Origin: an uncultured Verrucomicrobiae bacterium
Lineage (GTDB): Bacteria > Verrucomicrobiota > Verrucomicrobiia > Limisphaerales > Palsa-1400
Direction: 5' to 3'
Length of the DNA stretch: 64,000 bases
Assembly (NCBI GenBank): GCA_963702845.1
Contig: OY969763.1
Location: 2,784,001 to 2,848,000 of the forward strand
Made by a program: the position numbers and the translations under genes. Shown piece by piece: positions 30,196 to 39,347 of this stretch. The notes beneath the pieces were generated by a model, which had not been told where the DNA came from, did no database searches, and was given only the letters and a program-made list of their open reading frames with translations. How positions within the stretch are numbered: position 1 is the first letter of the stretch; every line of letters begins with the position of its first letter.

Positions 30196-31590
30196 TCAAA
30201 AACCACGGAGCCTGACTTGGTGGACCTTCTGTGGTTGGGTTGCGATCATGTAACGGAGTGCGTCGGCGGCATCGTCGCCGCCGACACCGGTTTCGTCGGG
30301 ATCGGTTTTCAGGACGTCTTCCGGTCGGTTAGGGTCGCTTTGCAACGTAGGGAGGCAATCGATCAGACGCGAGCAGCGGCGATGGAAAAAGAGTGTTGGT
30401 TTGAGCTTTCCTTCTTCATCGCCGAGACGTTTGAGGATGGCAGCCCAGCCGTTCAGGCGCTCCATATTGGCCTGGCGCATAGAAATTCCCAGTTGCCGGT
30501 ATTGCGATGCAATCGTTGTGCCGTCGCTTTGTTTGCCGAAGATATCAGCGCCTGCGACGAACCTTGCGAGGTTAATCGAATAGCGTTCGTTGAGTCCCAA
30601 GTGATGCCGTTTGAGCATGGCTTTGATCGCCTCTGCGTGACGTTCCGGAATCCAATTACGCGCGGCGTGCTCGTCGACGATGAAGATGTTGTTGTCACTG
30701 TCGCGGCAACCGAGCAGGACGACGGTATAGTGGGTGAAGCCGTAATCAAGCGCAGCGAACCATTCGACGGCGCGGCGGTCGTCGAACTCGTCGATGACGT
30801 GCAATTCCCGGCGGAAGTTGGTGAAGAATTGGCCGGCCTTGATGTCCCAGTCGCCATCCAGCCACGCGCGCCGTTGCCAACCGGTGAGAGAGCCAAGAGC
30901 ATCTTTATATCCGGCGTTGACGAAAGAATTGTCGTTAACGGTCGCTGGGATGAAGCGTGTCTGCTTCTCCTCGCCGCGTTGAAATGGAACGACGTATTTA
31001 GACCGATACCATGCGTGGCCGACACCTCCGGGATTGGTGGTGGAATAGATGCGAGGTCGCCAGCCGGTTTTTGAGGTGCGGTTGCAGGTGCAGATGTCCA
31101 GGAATTTGCGGCTGGTCAGGGTGGTGGCTTCTTCAATGCCTATGACGTCGTATTCGAGCCCTAGATATTTATCGATGTCGTTTTCGTTTTGAAAATGACC
31201 GATGATGATACGTGAGCCGTTTTCGAACGTGAGAACGCCTCGAGTGGTGCTGAACTCGTGGTTGAGCCTGAGGAGAAGACGGCGGCGCAGGTCTTCGAAG
31301 TTTTCGAGGTTGGATTTGCCGACTTTGCGCAGGAGCAAACATTTGAGGCCGGGGAAGCGTTGGCAGTCATCGGTGCCCATCTGAGCGATGAGCCAATGAG
31401 ATTTGCCACCGCCACGCGCACCGCCGAAGCCGATGGAGGTTGGGCCGGTTGCAAGATCGCAAAGGCGCGCGGCGGCACTGGCGGCGAGTTGTTTGGGCTG
31501 AAGTATCACGCCGGCGTTGATGAAGTGCCTTAGCTGATCCGGTGGGCAACCTGCTTCAGTGGCTAAGTTGATGTAGTGTTCGGGAGACAT
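30196..31590 (-). CDS. terL: Phage terminase large subunit
   Basis: Walker A FGGARGGGKS, Walker B IGIEEA, coupling motif STTNPGGVGH, nuclease ALDYG and DDAADALRY. Confidence 0.93.
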   Translation of the reverse strand: MSPEHYINLATEAGCPPDQLRHFINAGVILQPKQLAASAAARLCDLATGPTSIGFGGARGGGKSHWLIAQMGTDDCQRFPGLKCLLLRKVGKSNLENFEDLRRRLLLRLNHEFSTTRGVLTFENGSRIIIGHFQNENDIDKYLGLEYDVIGIEEATTLTSRKFLDICTCNRTSKTGWRPRIYSTTNPGGVGHAWYRSKYVVPFQRGEEKQTRFIPATVNDNSFVNAGYKDALGSLTGWQRRAWLDGDWDIKAGQFFTNFRRELHVIDEFDDRRAVEWFAALDYGFTHYTVVLLGCRDSDNNIFIVDEHAARNWIPERHAEAIKAMLKRHHLGLNERYSINLARFVAGADIFGKQSDGTTIASQYRQLGISMRQANMERLNGWAAILKRLGDEEGKLKPTLFFHRRCSRLIDCLPTLQSDPNRPEDVLKTDPDETGVGGDDAADALRYMIATQPQKVHQVRLRGF

Positions 31591-31635
31591 TTGGAAAGAA
31601 AAGTGCCAAGTGATGAGTGATGAGTTTTACTGCAT

Positions 31636-32418
31636 CTAATTTTGGAAATGGGTGCCGTTTGAATTAGCCGTCGCGAGTGGTGGTGGAGGTGGTGGGCAGA
31701 TTTTATTGAGGGCGGCGAGGAGTTCGTTCTGTATGGGTGATAGTGCAGGGCGATCGTCGTCAGTCGTTGGGCTTTGCAGGGCCGAACGGGACATTTTGGA
31801 ACCGATACTCAGGGCGCGCGACAGTTCGGAGATGCGGAATTTTTCGAGGTCGCGATCACCGAAATTTTCGAGGCAACATCGCACCACGTTGAGGAGTTTT
31901 TGTGCGTCTTCCCATTCCTGCTCGCGGTATTCAGCGGTGCGTTTGGCCCAATCAGCAGCAGCTTTCCGAGCCGCTTCTGTTTCAGCCTGCGCTTCCTGTT
32001 CGAGTAAGCCGGAATTGAAACGGTTTATGCGCTCGCTCCAGTCGTATTTGCTGGACCAGTTTTTGACCGTGGGCAATTGCTCGCCGTGTTTGTCGGCGAC
32101 GGCTTGCAGAGTACGGCGGTGGCCGAGGCGAAAGTAGGTCGTGAAAGCGTTGAAGGCACGTGGGGTTTCGCCGGGGGAACGGGAAAAGGTTGGTTGACAA
32201 CCGACATGTGTGTCGGGGCTCGCTCCGCTCGGCGTTGAGGGTTGAGGGGCATCTTGTCCATTTCGGATTTCCACCTTCGCCGAGGCTACGGCGGACGGGT
32301 CGGATTGCGGATTGCGAATTGAATCGGGACCAGTTTCTAACATCGATGGCGTATTTGCTGTGTCGGGTGTCGCACAAACTGTTGTTGAGACCGTGTTGGA
32401 ATCATTGGAGGTATTCAT
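31636..32418 (-). CDS. Putative terminase small subunit (HTH) with low-complexity N-terminus
   Basis: GETPRAFNAF..Y..LG..RTL..VA......TVKNWSSKYDWSER pattern typical of phage HTH proteins, directly upstream of terL. Confidence 0.65.
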   Translation of the reverse strand: MNTSNDSNTVSTTVCATPDTANTPSMLETGPDSIRNPQSDPSAVASAKVEIRNGQDAPQPSTPSGASPDTHVGCQPTFSRSPGETPRAFNAFTTYFRLGHRRTLQAVADKHGEQLPTVKNWSSKYDWSERINRFNSGLLEQEAQAETEAARKAAADWAKRTAEYREQEWEDAQKLLNVVRCCLENFGDRDLEKFRISELSRALSIGSKMSRSALQSPTTDDDRPALSPIQNELLAALNKICPPPPPPLATANSNGTHFQN

Positions 32419-32441
32419 ATTTTTGAAAAACCCTACCAAAG

Positions 32442-32468
32442 TCACTTGGACAAAGACGGTCCAAGTGA
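32442..32468. promoter_or_regulatory. Palindromic operator-like site TCACTTGGAC-N7-GTCCAAGTGA upstream of TerS-like gene
   Basis: Perfect 10-bp arms; same arms at 55566-55592. Confidence 0.75.
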
Positions 32469-32778
32469 AAATTTTTTGAACAAAAAAGAAGAATTGGCGC
32501 AAACGTCTTAAACGCAGGCGGTAATGCACTGAATACGAGTTAAAACATCAACCAAGCGATCGAATTCTTTGACCGTAACCGCCGCGTCCGCTGGTGACGA
32601 CTCACTAGCGTGGCCGGTATGGCGCAGCTTTACGTTTCCAAGGTGAAATACTTCTTGGCGGCAGGTTACCGGGAAGGAAACCGCAAGGGTGTGTTGCAGA
32701 AATTCCCGGAAAATCCCACAAAGAATGTGTAAATGTGTAGGACTGACACTGGACATAGGGATAATATGATTGTATGCG

Positions 32779-32961
32779 ATGAAGACCTCCCACTCCAACG
32801 AGACCACAGCACACACTGGGACGGTGTTTGCTATCTCGGAGATTGTCCTCGGTTTGGCCATGCTGCGTGGCATTGCCCCTTTGGTGGATTTCGCATTTCC
32901 CCAGGCGACATCCAAGAGTCCAACGGAGGTTGATGAGACTAAAGCGCAAGATCAACAATAG
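32779..32961 (+). CDS. Small hypothetical protein, convergent with terL remnant 1
   Basis: 60 aa, one hydrophobic stretch, upstream TATGAT -10-like element. Confidence 0.35.
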   Translation: MKTSHSNETTAHTGTVFAISEIVLGLAMLRGIAPLVDFAFPQATSKSPTEVDETKAQDQQ

Positions 32962-32993
32962 GGTATCCCAAATGGGCGAGATCAACATTTGGA

Positions 32994-33076
32994 CTAACCA
33001 GCAGCTTCCGCTGCAAAATAACCCGTGACTTCGTCGCCACCAGATATCGCAACGCATCCGCCGCATCATCGCCTCC
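32994..33076 (-). pseudogene. terL 3'-end remnant 1
   Basis: Translates GGDDAADALRYLVATKSRVILQRKL vs resident GGDDAADALRYMIATQPQKVHQVRL. Confidence 0.85.
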
Positions 33077-33229
33077 AAACCTCCCTTGTCGCGCCATAGC
33101 CTTCGGCGACGGCGGACCGCCAGAGATTTCCAACCTCTGCACTCCGCTCTCTTTTCCAGAAGAGCCCCCTATAAAACCCTTGTTCGCAAATAAAGAAATG
33201 CGAACAATTGTCGCATATCAATTTTGGGC

Positions 33230-33430
33230 ATGACTCACAACCTTCATTCTCTCTTTGCGGTCTACATGGCAATACCGCCTGACGGCAAGCTCTCAGACAA
33301 AACGCCCGGCTGGGCAGTTGTCATGGGCGGCATCGGGTGCGTCGTTACACTCGTGCTCATGTGTGCATTGATCCAAAAGACGCGAAGGGATAAACGGCGC
33401 CAGAAGCACTCCTGGACGCGTCGACAATGA
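33230..33430 (+). CDS. Small single-TM protein, convergent with terL remnant 2
   Basis: 66 aa, TM WAVVMGGIGCVVTLVLMCALI followed by basic tail. Confidence 0.55.
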   Translation: MTHNLHSLFAVYMAIPPDGKLSDKTPGWAVVMGGIGCVVTLVLMCALIQKTRRDKRRQKHSWTRRQ

Positions 33431-33454
33431 CAGAGCCTTGTCATCGTACCTAGC

Positions 33455-33517
33455 TCACACCCCCCACAACTTCCCCTGAATAATCACGCGCGGCTTCGTC
33501 GTGACCAGATGCCGCAG
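33455..33517 (-). pseudogene. terL 3'-end remnant 2
   Basis: Translates LRHLVTTKPRVIIQGKLWGV*, same 20-aa register and stop as LRYMIATQPQKVHQVRLRGF*. Confidence 0.75.
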
Positions 33518-33621
33518 CTTGCAAAAAATCGGCAGCTATAGAGAAACTCAATTTAAAAATTGAGGACAGCAACGTTTTGCCTTATTGACACGCGCCCTAA
33601 TGGGTGACACCACATCGAAGA

Positions 33622-36507
33622 TTAGGCGAACGCGCGGTCAAGAATCTCTTTTTCTTCCTTCTTATGGACGCGCGGAGAACCGGTCGCGGGGCTCGGCGAT
33701 GCCGGTCGCGAGATGCTGCGGAACGGAACATTTCGAAGCTTTTCACCGACAAGGATGCGCATGTAACGGGAAGCTCCCATGTTTTCAGGCTCTTCCTGGA
33801 CCCAGAAAAATTCAGTCGCTTGAGCATATTGAGCCAGGCCGTCGTTCAAACGTTCGATATCGAGCGGGTAAAGCTGCTCGATTCGCACGACCGCGATGTC
33901 ATCGCGTTTGAGTTTTTGGCGCTGCGTTTCGAGTTCGTAATAAATTCGGCCAGCGCAGAGAAGAATGCGCCGGGCACCGGGATTTTGCGGCGCGATGATC
34001 CGTTGGAATTTGCCGGTCGCGCAGTCGTCGAGAGATGAAACGGCCCGTGTATCGCGCAATAAACCTTTTGGCGTAAAAACAATCAACGGCTTGCGCCATT
34101 GCCGTATCAGTTGCCGGCGCAAACAATGGAAGCACTGCGCGGGAGTCGTCGGATAGACGACCTGCATATTGTCTTGAGCGCACAATGCTAAAAAGCGTTC
34201 GAGCCGCGCGCTGCTGTGTTCCGGCCCCTGCCCTTCAAATCCGTGCGGGAGCAAAAGCACCACGCCGCTGAGGCGGCTCCATTTGTCCTCGGCGCTGGCG
34301 ATGAATTGATCGATGAAGACTTGCGCTGCATTGACGAAATCGCCGAACTGCGCTTCCCAACATACCAGGCCGTCAGGGCAATCGAGGCTGTAACCATAAT
34401 CGAAGCCGAGGACCCCGTTCTCTGACAACGGGCTGTTGATAATCTCAACAGGCGCTTGCTGCGGGCCGAGGTGGCGCAATGGAATATACGGATGGCCATC
34501 TTTGTAGTCGTAGAAAATCGCGTGTCGTTGACTGAACGTGCCGCGCCCGCTGTCCTGACCACTGAGGCGCACTCGAAAACCTTCCGTGCTGAGACTGGCG
34601 AACGCGAGAGCTTCGGCGGTTGACCAATCCAACGGTTGTTCACCGCGTGCCATCTTGCGACGTGCTTCCAGTAATTTAGTGATCTTGGGGTGCGGATTAA
34701 AGTCCTTTGGCAACTCGGTTTGCTTTAGCAAAAGCTGTGAAAGCGTTGCGCGATCGACGCCGGTTGAAACGTTCGACCGTGCAAGTGCATTGGACGAAAC
34801 GGGCGGAAGTTGCTCCGCATTGCGTTCGGACCCGCCGAGGTATTGGCCGCGGCTCCAGACACCAGGTATCTTTTCGACAGGCGTTTGAAACCGTTCGTCA
34901 CGGGCCTCGCTCAGCATTTGTTCCAGTGCTTCGCGACGACGGTGCGCGATGGCATCAGCGTCCTCGCGCGTCACACCTTTGAGCGCGAGCAAATGTTCCA
35001 GATACCCTTCGCGGACCGACTTGCGATCTTCGATTGCCCGGTATAGGACCGGCTGAGTGAACGATGGTTCGTCGCTCTCGTTGTGACCGAGCCGACGATA
35101 ACCATACATATCGATAACCACGTCGCGCTTGAACTCGTTTCGAAAATCCATCGCGAGCCGCACGACCTGCGCAACGGCTTCGGGGTCTTCACCGTTCACG
35201 TGGAAAATCGGGATTTGCAACATGCGCGCGACATCGGTGGAGTAAGTCGTCGAACGGCCCTCGTCGGGAGACGTGGTGAATCCGATTTGATTATTCACGA
35301 CCACATGCAACGTGCCGTGCACTGTGTAACCGGGCAGTTGGCTCATGTTGAGCGTCTCTTGAATGATCCCCTGCCCTGCGAAACTGGCGTCGCCGTGAAT
35401 CAACATGCCCATGCAATGTTCGCCTTGCGTATCGTTCGTGCGATCCTGCTTGGCACGAACACGCCCGAGCACCACTGGATTGACGAACTCGAGATGACTC
35501 GGATTGAAGCAAAGCGAGAGATGAATCCTGGCCCCGGATGAGGTCGTCCATTCGTTGCTGTAGCCCAGATGGTATTTCACGTCACCGTGGCCTACCGGCA
35601 ATTTTGAATCATCGGCGAACTCGCGGAAAATTTGTCGCGGACTTTTGCCAATAATATTTGCGAGAACATTGAGCCGACCGCGATGAGCCATGCCGAAGAC
35701 GATCTCCTTGATGCCTTGAGTCGCGGCTTTCTCGATGGCGAGGTCCAGCAGCGGTATCAAGCTTTCGCAGCCTTCGAGTGAAAAACTTTTTGCGCCAACA
35801 AATTTTTTACGAATGAATTCCTCGAACGTCACTGCATCGGTTAGTCGCGTGAAAATGCGCAGTTGTTCATCGCGGGTGAGTTGAATGCGATTGCGGGATG
35901 TTTCCATCCTGCGCTGCAACCAACGACGCACATCGAGGTCGTCGATGTGCATGAACTGGACGCCAATCGAACGGCAATAGGTATCGCGCATTAACGCGAT
36001 GATCTCGCGCACCGCCATCGGCTTGTCGATTTGCAGCACAACCGACGTCACCGACGTGTTCAGCTCTTCTTCGGTGAACTTGTAAAACTCAGGCTGGAGT
36101 TCCGCCGGAACCGCCGGTTGGATTCCCAATGGATTCACTCGCGCGATGCGATGACCGCGCACCCGGTAATTGCGCACGAGCTGATTGACGCGATCCTGCA
36201 AGCCGGTCGCAGCGCTCGTCGCTTCGCCTCGCCGCTCTGCTGTCGCCGAAAATAATCCGCGTGGCTTGAACGATGGCCCGAGTTGCGACGCGACACGAGC
36301 GTCGCCGTTTACGAGGTTGTCGAAATATTCCTGCCACTCAGGACTGAGCGACCCGGGATCCCGCGCGTAATCGGCATACAACTCCTCGATGAATGGCAGA
36401 TTACTGAACGTTGCGACATCGAGTGACTCCGCGTGCCTGCCCGGAGCAAGTTGAACAGGAGCATCCTTCACCACATCCAAATCTACCCCGCCACAGTGCC
36501 ATGTCAA
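33622..36507 (-). CDS. sucA: 2-oxoglutarate dehydrogenase E1 component
   Basis: FSLEG, GMAHRGRLN, GDVKYHLG, NPSHLE, HGDA, WEAQFGDF, GPEHSSARLERFL; exact start uncertain. Confidence 0.96.
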   Translation of the reverse strand: MTWHCGGVDLDVVKDAPVQLAPGRHAESLDVATFSNLPFIEELYADYARDPGSLSPEWQEYFDNLVNGDARVASQLGPSFKPRGLFSATAERRGEATSAATGLQDRVNQLVRNYRVRGHRIARVNPLGIQPAVPAELQPEFYKFTEEELNTSVTSVVLQIDKPMAVREIIALMRDTYCRSIGVQFMHIDDLDVRRWLQRRMETSRNRIQLTRDEQLRIFTRLTDAVTFEEFIRKKFVGAKSFSLEGCESLIPLLDLAIEKAATQGIKEIVFGMAHRGRLNVLANIIGKSPRQIFREFADDSKLPVGHGDVKYHLGYSNEWTTSSGARIHLSLCFNPSHLEFVNPVVLGRVRAKQDRTNDTQGEHCMGMLIHGDASFAGQGIIQETLNMSQLPGYTVHGTLHVVVNNQIGFTTSPDEGRSTTYSTDVARMLQIPIFHVNGEDPEAVAQVVRLAMDFRNEFKRDVVIDMYGYRRLGHNESDEPSFTQPVLYRAIEDRKSVREGYLEHLLALKGVTREDADAIAHRRREALEQMLSEARDERFQTPVEKIPGVWSRGQYLGGSERNAEQLPPVSSNALARSNVSTGVDRATLSQLLLKQTELPKDFNPHPKITKLLEARRKMARGEQPLDWSTAEALAFASLSTEGFRVRLSGQDSGRGTFSQRHAIFYDYKDGHPYIPLRHLGPQQAPVEIINSPLSENGVLGFDYGYSLDCPDGLVCWEAQFGDFVNAAQVFIDQFIASAEDKWSRLSGVVLLLPHGFEGQGPEHSSARLERFLALCAQDNMQVVYPTTPAQCFHCLRRQLIRQWRKPLIVFTPKGLLRDTRAVSSLDDCATGKFQRIIAPQNPGARRILLCAGRIYYELETQRQKLKRDDIAVVRIEQLYPLDIERLNDGLAQYAQATEFFWVQEEPENMGASRYMRILVGEKLRNVPFRSISRPASPSPATGSPRVHKKEEKEILDRAFA

Positions 36508-36515
36508 AAAGCCGG

Positions 36516-37787
36516 CTATTCCTGAATCCCAAAAACCATGCGCCGCAACAAATCAAAGGCCTGTTGCGAGACTGCATATTTGAACGTCTCGCGATCGAAC
36601 GGATAAAATTGCCGCTGCACAATCGTGCCGCCCTCTCCGGCCACGGCGATGTAAACGGTTCCAACCGGTTTCTGCGGTGTGCCGCCTGAGGGGCCGGCGA
36701 TTCCTGTTACTGCGATCGCATAATTCGTTCGTGCGCTTCGGCGCGCACCATCGGCCATCTCGCGCACCACGTGTTCGCTGACTGCCCCATATGTATCGAG
36801 CGCTTCTGCGCTCACACCTAACAGGTCCCGTTTCGATTGATTGCTGTAAGTAATCATCCCGCTCATTAAGACCGCCGAAGCTCCTGGAACATTCGTCAGC
36901 CGATTACAAATCAAACCGCCCGTACATGACTCAGCAACAGCAAGTGTCATTTTTCGATCGCTCAAAAGCTGCACAACGGACTGCTCGATCGTCTCTTCAC
37001 CGACACTGTAAACGTGCGGTCCTAAAAGTAGTTTCACAATCGACTCAGCGCGGGCAACCAAGGCTTCGGCACCTTCACCATGAGCAACGAAGCGCACCGT
37101 GACCAATCCGATGCGCGCACAATAGCCAAGCTCCAAACCTTCTTTCACCAGCGGCGCGAGCGGCGCGTCGATTTTCTCTTCCACCAATGACTCGCCCAGT
37201 CCGGTGGTATTCAGGGTGCGACAAATGAATTTTTTCGTCGGAAACTCACGAGCTAAAAACGGCACGACATCCTCATCAAACATCGGCCGCAATTCGCGTG
37301 GCGGTCCTGGTAACAAAACCAACCAACTCTTCCCTTCGCCGGCGCGCAATCGATTTGGGTTCACTTCCAAAGCGAGTCCCGGGGCAGTGCCATGATTGTT
37401 ATAAAGAACAGCTGCGCCTTCCGGAATTTGCGCCTGACGTTTAGCGTTTTCGGGAATAGGACGTTTCCTCAGCGCGAAATACTTCTCCATGCGCGCGATG
37501 ACTTTGTCATCCACCACGAGCTTTTTGCCGATCAACCCGGCAATCAAATCACGCGTAATGTCGTCGGACGTCGGCCCAAGGCCACCAGTTGTAATCACCA
37601 GATCAGCCCGTCCAAGCGCCTCGCGTACCGCTTCGATGATCTGCTTCCCTTCATCCGCGACCGCTGTTTGACGTGCCACGATATAACCGAGGTCGGTCAG
37701 TCGCCGGCAAAGCCATTGCTGATGGGTGTTCAAGATACCGCCCAGCATCAGTTCGGTTCCCGTGTTGATAATTTCGGTACGGTACAT
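36516..37787 (-). CDS. cinA: Competence/damage-inducible protein CinA (NMN deamidase)
   Basis: GTELMLG, TGGLGPTSDDIT, PGPPREL, AESCTGG, TGIAGPSGG. Confidence 0.94.
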   Translation of the reverse strand: MYRTEIINTGTELMLGGILNTHQQWLCRRLTDLGYIVARQTAVADEGKQIIEAVREALGRADLVITTGGLGPTSDDITRDLIAGLIGKKLVVDDKVIARMEKYFALRKRPIPENAKRQAQIPEGAAVLYNNHGTAPGLALEVNPNRLRAGEGKSWLVLLPGPPRELRPMFDEDVVPFLAREFPTKKFICRTLNTTGLGESLVEEKIDAPLAPLVKEGLELGYCARIGLVTVRFVAHGEGAEALVARAESIVKLLLGPHVYSVGEETIEQSVVQLLSDRKMTLAVAESCTGGLICNRLTNVPGASAVLMSGMITYSNQSKRDLLGVSAEALDTYGAVSEHVVREMADGARRSARTNYAIAVTGIAGPSGGTPQKPVGTVYIAVAGEGGTIVQRQFYPFDRETFKYAVSQQAFDLLRRMVFGIQE

Positions 37788-37790
37788 GTC

Positions 37791-38429
37791 TTACTTTTGT
37801 CGTTTTGTTTGAAGCACCAAGCTCTCCGGCAGTGCAATTAGCTCCGAGTTGCTGGCATTGGGTCTCCACACAATGCGACTGTCGGCTAATATGCGCACAA
37901 CGACACCAACAGTCGAAACGCGCAATGTTTTTACGTTGTCACCAGCTTTAAGCGAGGCCGATTCACATAGACTTTCGATGATCTGTCGCATCGCATCGCC
38001 ATCGAGAACGCCGGCTACGTAGTGTGCAATCGCAGAAGCGACTTCGCGCCGACGCACCACCGGCAGCTCAGCAAAAAGGTAATCGGCAATGGTGCGTGCG
38101 ATATCCGCGAAGGTATTGCCGTTGAAAAAGAGAAAAGGCGCGTTTCGATGGCACGTGCGAAAATACTCCAGGAGTTCCGCTAGTGTGAACTCTTGTGCCC
38201 GGCGGGTTTCCCACTCTTCGCTGACTTTTGCAAAGCTTTCTGAATTCTTGCCGTGCTGCGCTCCACCTCTTGCGCACGCTGCTCGGTTGAGGCCGACGAC
38301 AGACTCCCAGTCCCAGTTTTGGAGAAAAGCGGCTCGGGTTTGTAACGGCTGTTGTTCGCCAGCACTTCCTTGAGCGCTTCCTTTGGCGTGGCGTATTTCA
38401 ACAGGTCCACTCGCACCTTCATCATCCAT
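37791..38429 (-). CDS. Hypothetical protein with degenerate Fic/Doc-like motif and C-terminal SH3/KOW-like beta domain
   Basis: CHRNAPFLFFNGNTFAD resembles HPFxxGNGR; start uncertain. Confidence 0.6.
   Translation of the reverse strand: MDDEGASGPVEIRHAKGSAQGSAGEQQPLQTRAAFLQNWDWESVVGLNRAACARGGAQHGKNSESFAKVSEEWETRRAQEFTLAELLEYFRTCHRNAPFLFFNGNTFADIARTIADYLFAELPVVRRREVASAIAHYVAGVLDGDAMRQIIESLCESASLKAGDNVKTLRVSTVGVVVRILADSRIVWRPNASNSELIALPESLVLQTKRQK
38180..38425 (-). CDS. Small basic protein nested in an alternative frame (possible antitoxin)
   Basis: 81 aa, starts 4 nt after the 212-aa ORF in ATGGATGATGAAG; natural-looking helical sequence. Confidence 0.45.
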   Translation of the reverse strand: MMKVRVDLLKYATPKEALKEVLANNSRYKPEPLFSKTGTGSLSSASTEQRAQEVERSTARIQKALQKSAKSGKPAGHKSSH

Positions 38430-38550
38430 AATGTGCCTTTTTATCGTATCGGTCGCAAGGCGGTTCTTGCATCACACCAGTCAACTATAACGCCGAAGCT
38501 TTGCGCAACAACTCTTGAACCTCCGTCGTTCTGACCTATAGTATCGGCCC

Positions 38551-39033
38551 ATGGCTGAAGACGCGAAATCCAGGGCTAAAAAACGGTTCGTTGATTTTCT
38601 GCAAACGAAAAATCTTCGTCTGACCTCACAACGTCAGGCGATTGTGGATTCGGTTTTCAGCACGGAAGAACATTTCACCGCGGAACAACTTCTCAAGTGG
38701 TCCCGCAAACGTGACAAAACAGTGTCACGCGCCACCGTGTATCGGACTCTTCCCCTGCTCACCGAAAGCAGTTTGGTTCATGAAATGGATTTCGGAGGGG
38801 ATCACAAATTCTACGATCCCAACTACGCCGAGCATCCGCACCATAACCATATCGTTTGCGAGAACTGCGATAAGATTGTGGAGTTTGACAGCGCACAGAT
38901 CGAAAAGCTTGAAGATGAAATGGCGCAGAAGCTCGGCTTTTCGGTAAAGACCCACCGTCTACAAATCACGGGTTCGTGCGAACAACTCAAACGCTCGGGA
39001 TCCTGCAAGCGCAAGAGCACCACTTGTAAGTAG
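38551..39033 (+). CDS. fur: Fur-family transcriptional regulator
   Basis: LRLTSQR, HFTAE, VSRATVYRTL, HHNHIVCENC. Confidence 0.93.
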   Translation: MAEDAKSRAKKRFVDFLQTKNLRLTSQRQAIVDSVFSTEEHFTAEQLLKWSRKRDKTVSRATVYRTLPLLTESSLVHEMDFGGDHKFYDPNYAEHPHHNHIVCENCDKIVEFDSAQIEKLEDEMAQKLGFSVKTHRLQITGSCEQLKRSGSCKRKSTTCK

Positions 39034-39035
39034 AG

Positions 39036-39347
39036 TTATTTTTTCTTCGTTGGCATCTCCGCCTGCCCGTCGCGCAGCTTCTGCGTGAATTCAAGAACTC
39101 GATCGAAATCAGCCGATTTCAGCTTCGACTTACGCCGCATCTTCACCATCCACTTGTCCCAGTCGGCCTGAGAGTAATTTGCCGGCGGGTAAAACTCGTG
39201 GCACTTGGCGCAGTTGCGCACGTAGATTTTACCGCCATCGGTTTCGTTGCCCCCGCTGCGCGTCGAAGCGAAATGGTCTGCTGCTGGCGCGCATGAGGCG
39301 ACCAGCAGCAGACTCAACACCAAAACTGTTTTGATGATCTGCATCAA
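39036..39347 (-). CDS. Small monoheme cytochrome c lipoprotein
   Basis: Lipobox LVASC; CAKCH; distal Met in WMVKM. Confidence 0.8.
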   Translation of the reverse strand: MMQIIKTVLVLSLLLVASCAPAADHFASTRSGGNETDGGKIYVRNCAKCHEFYPPANYSQADWDKWMVKMRRKSKLKSADFDRVLEFTQKLRDGQAEMPTKKK

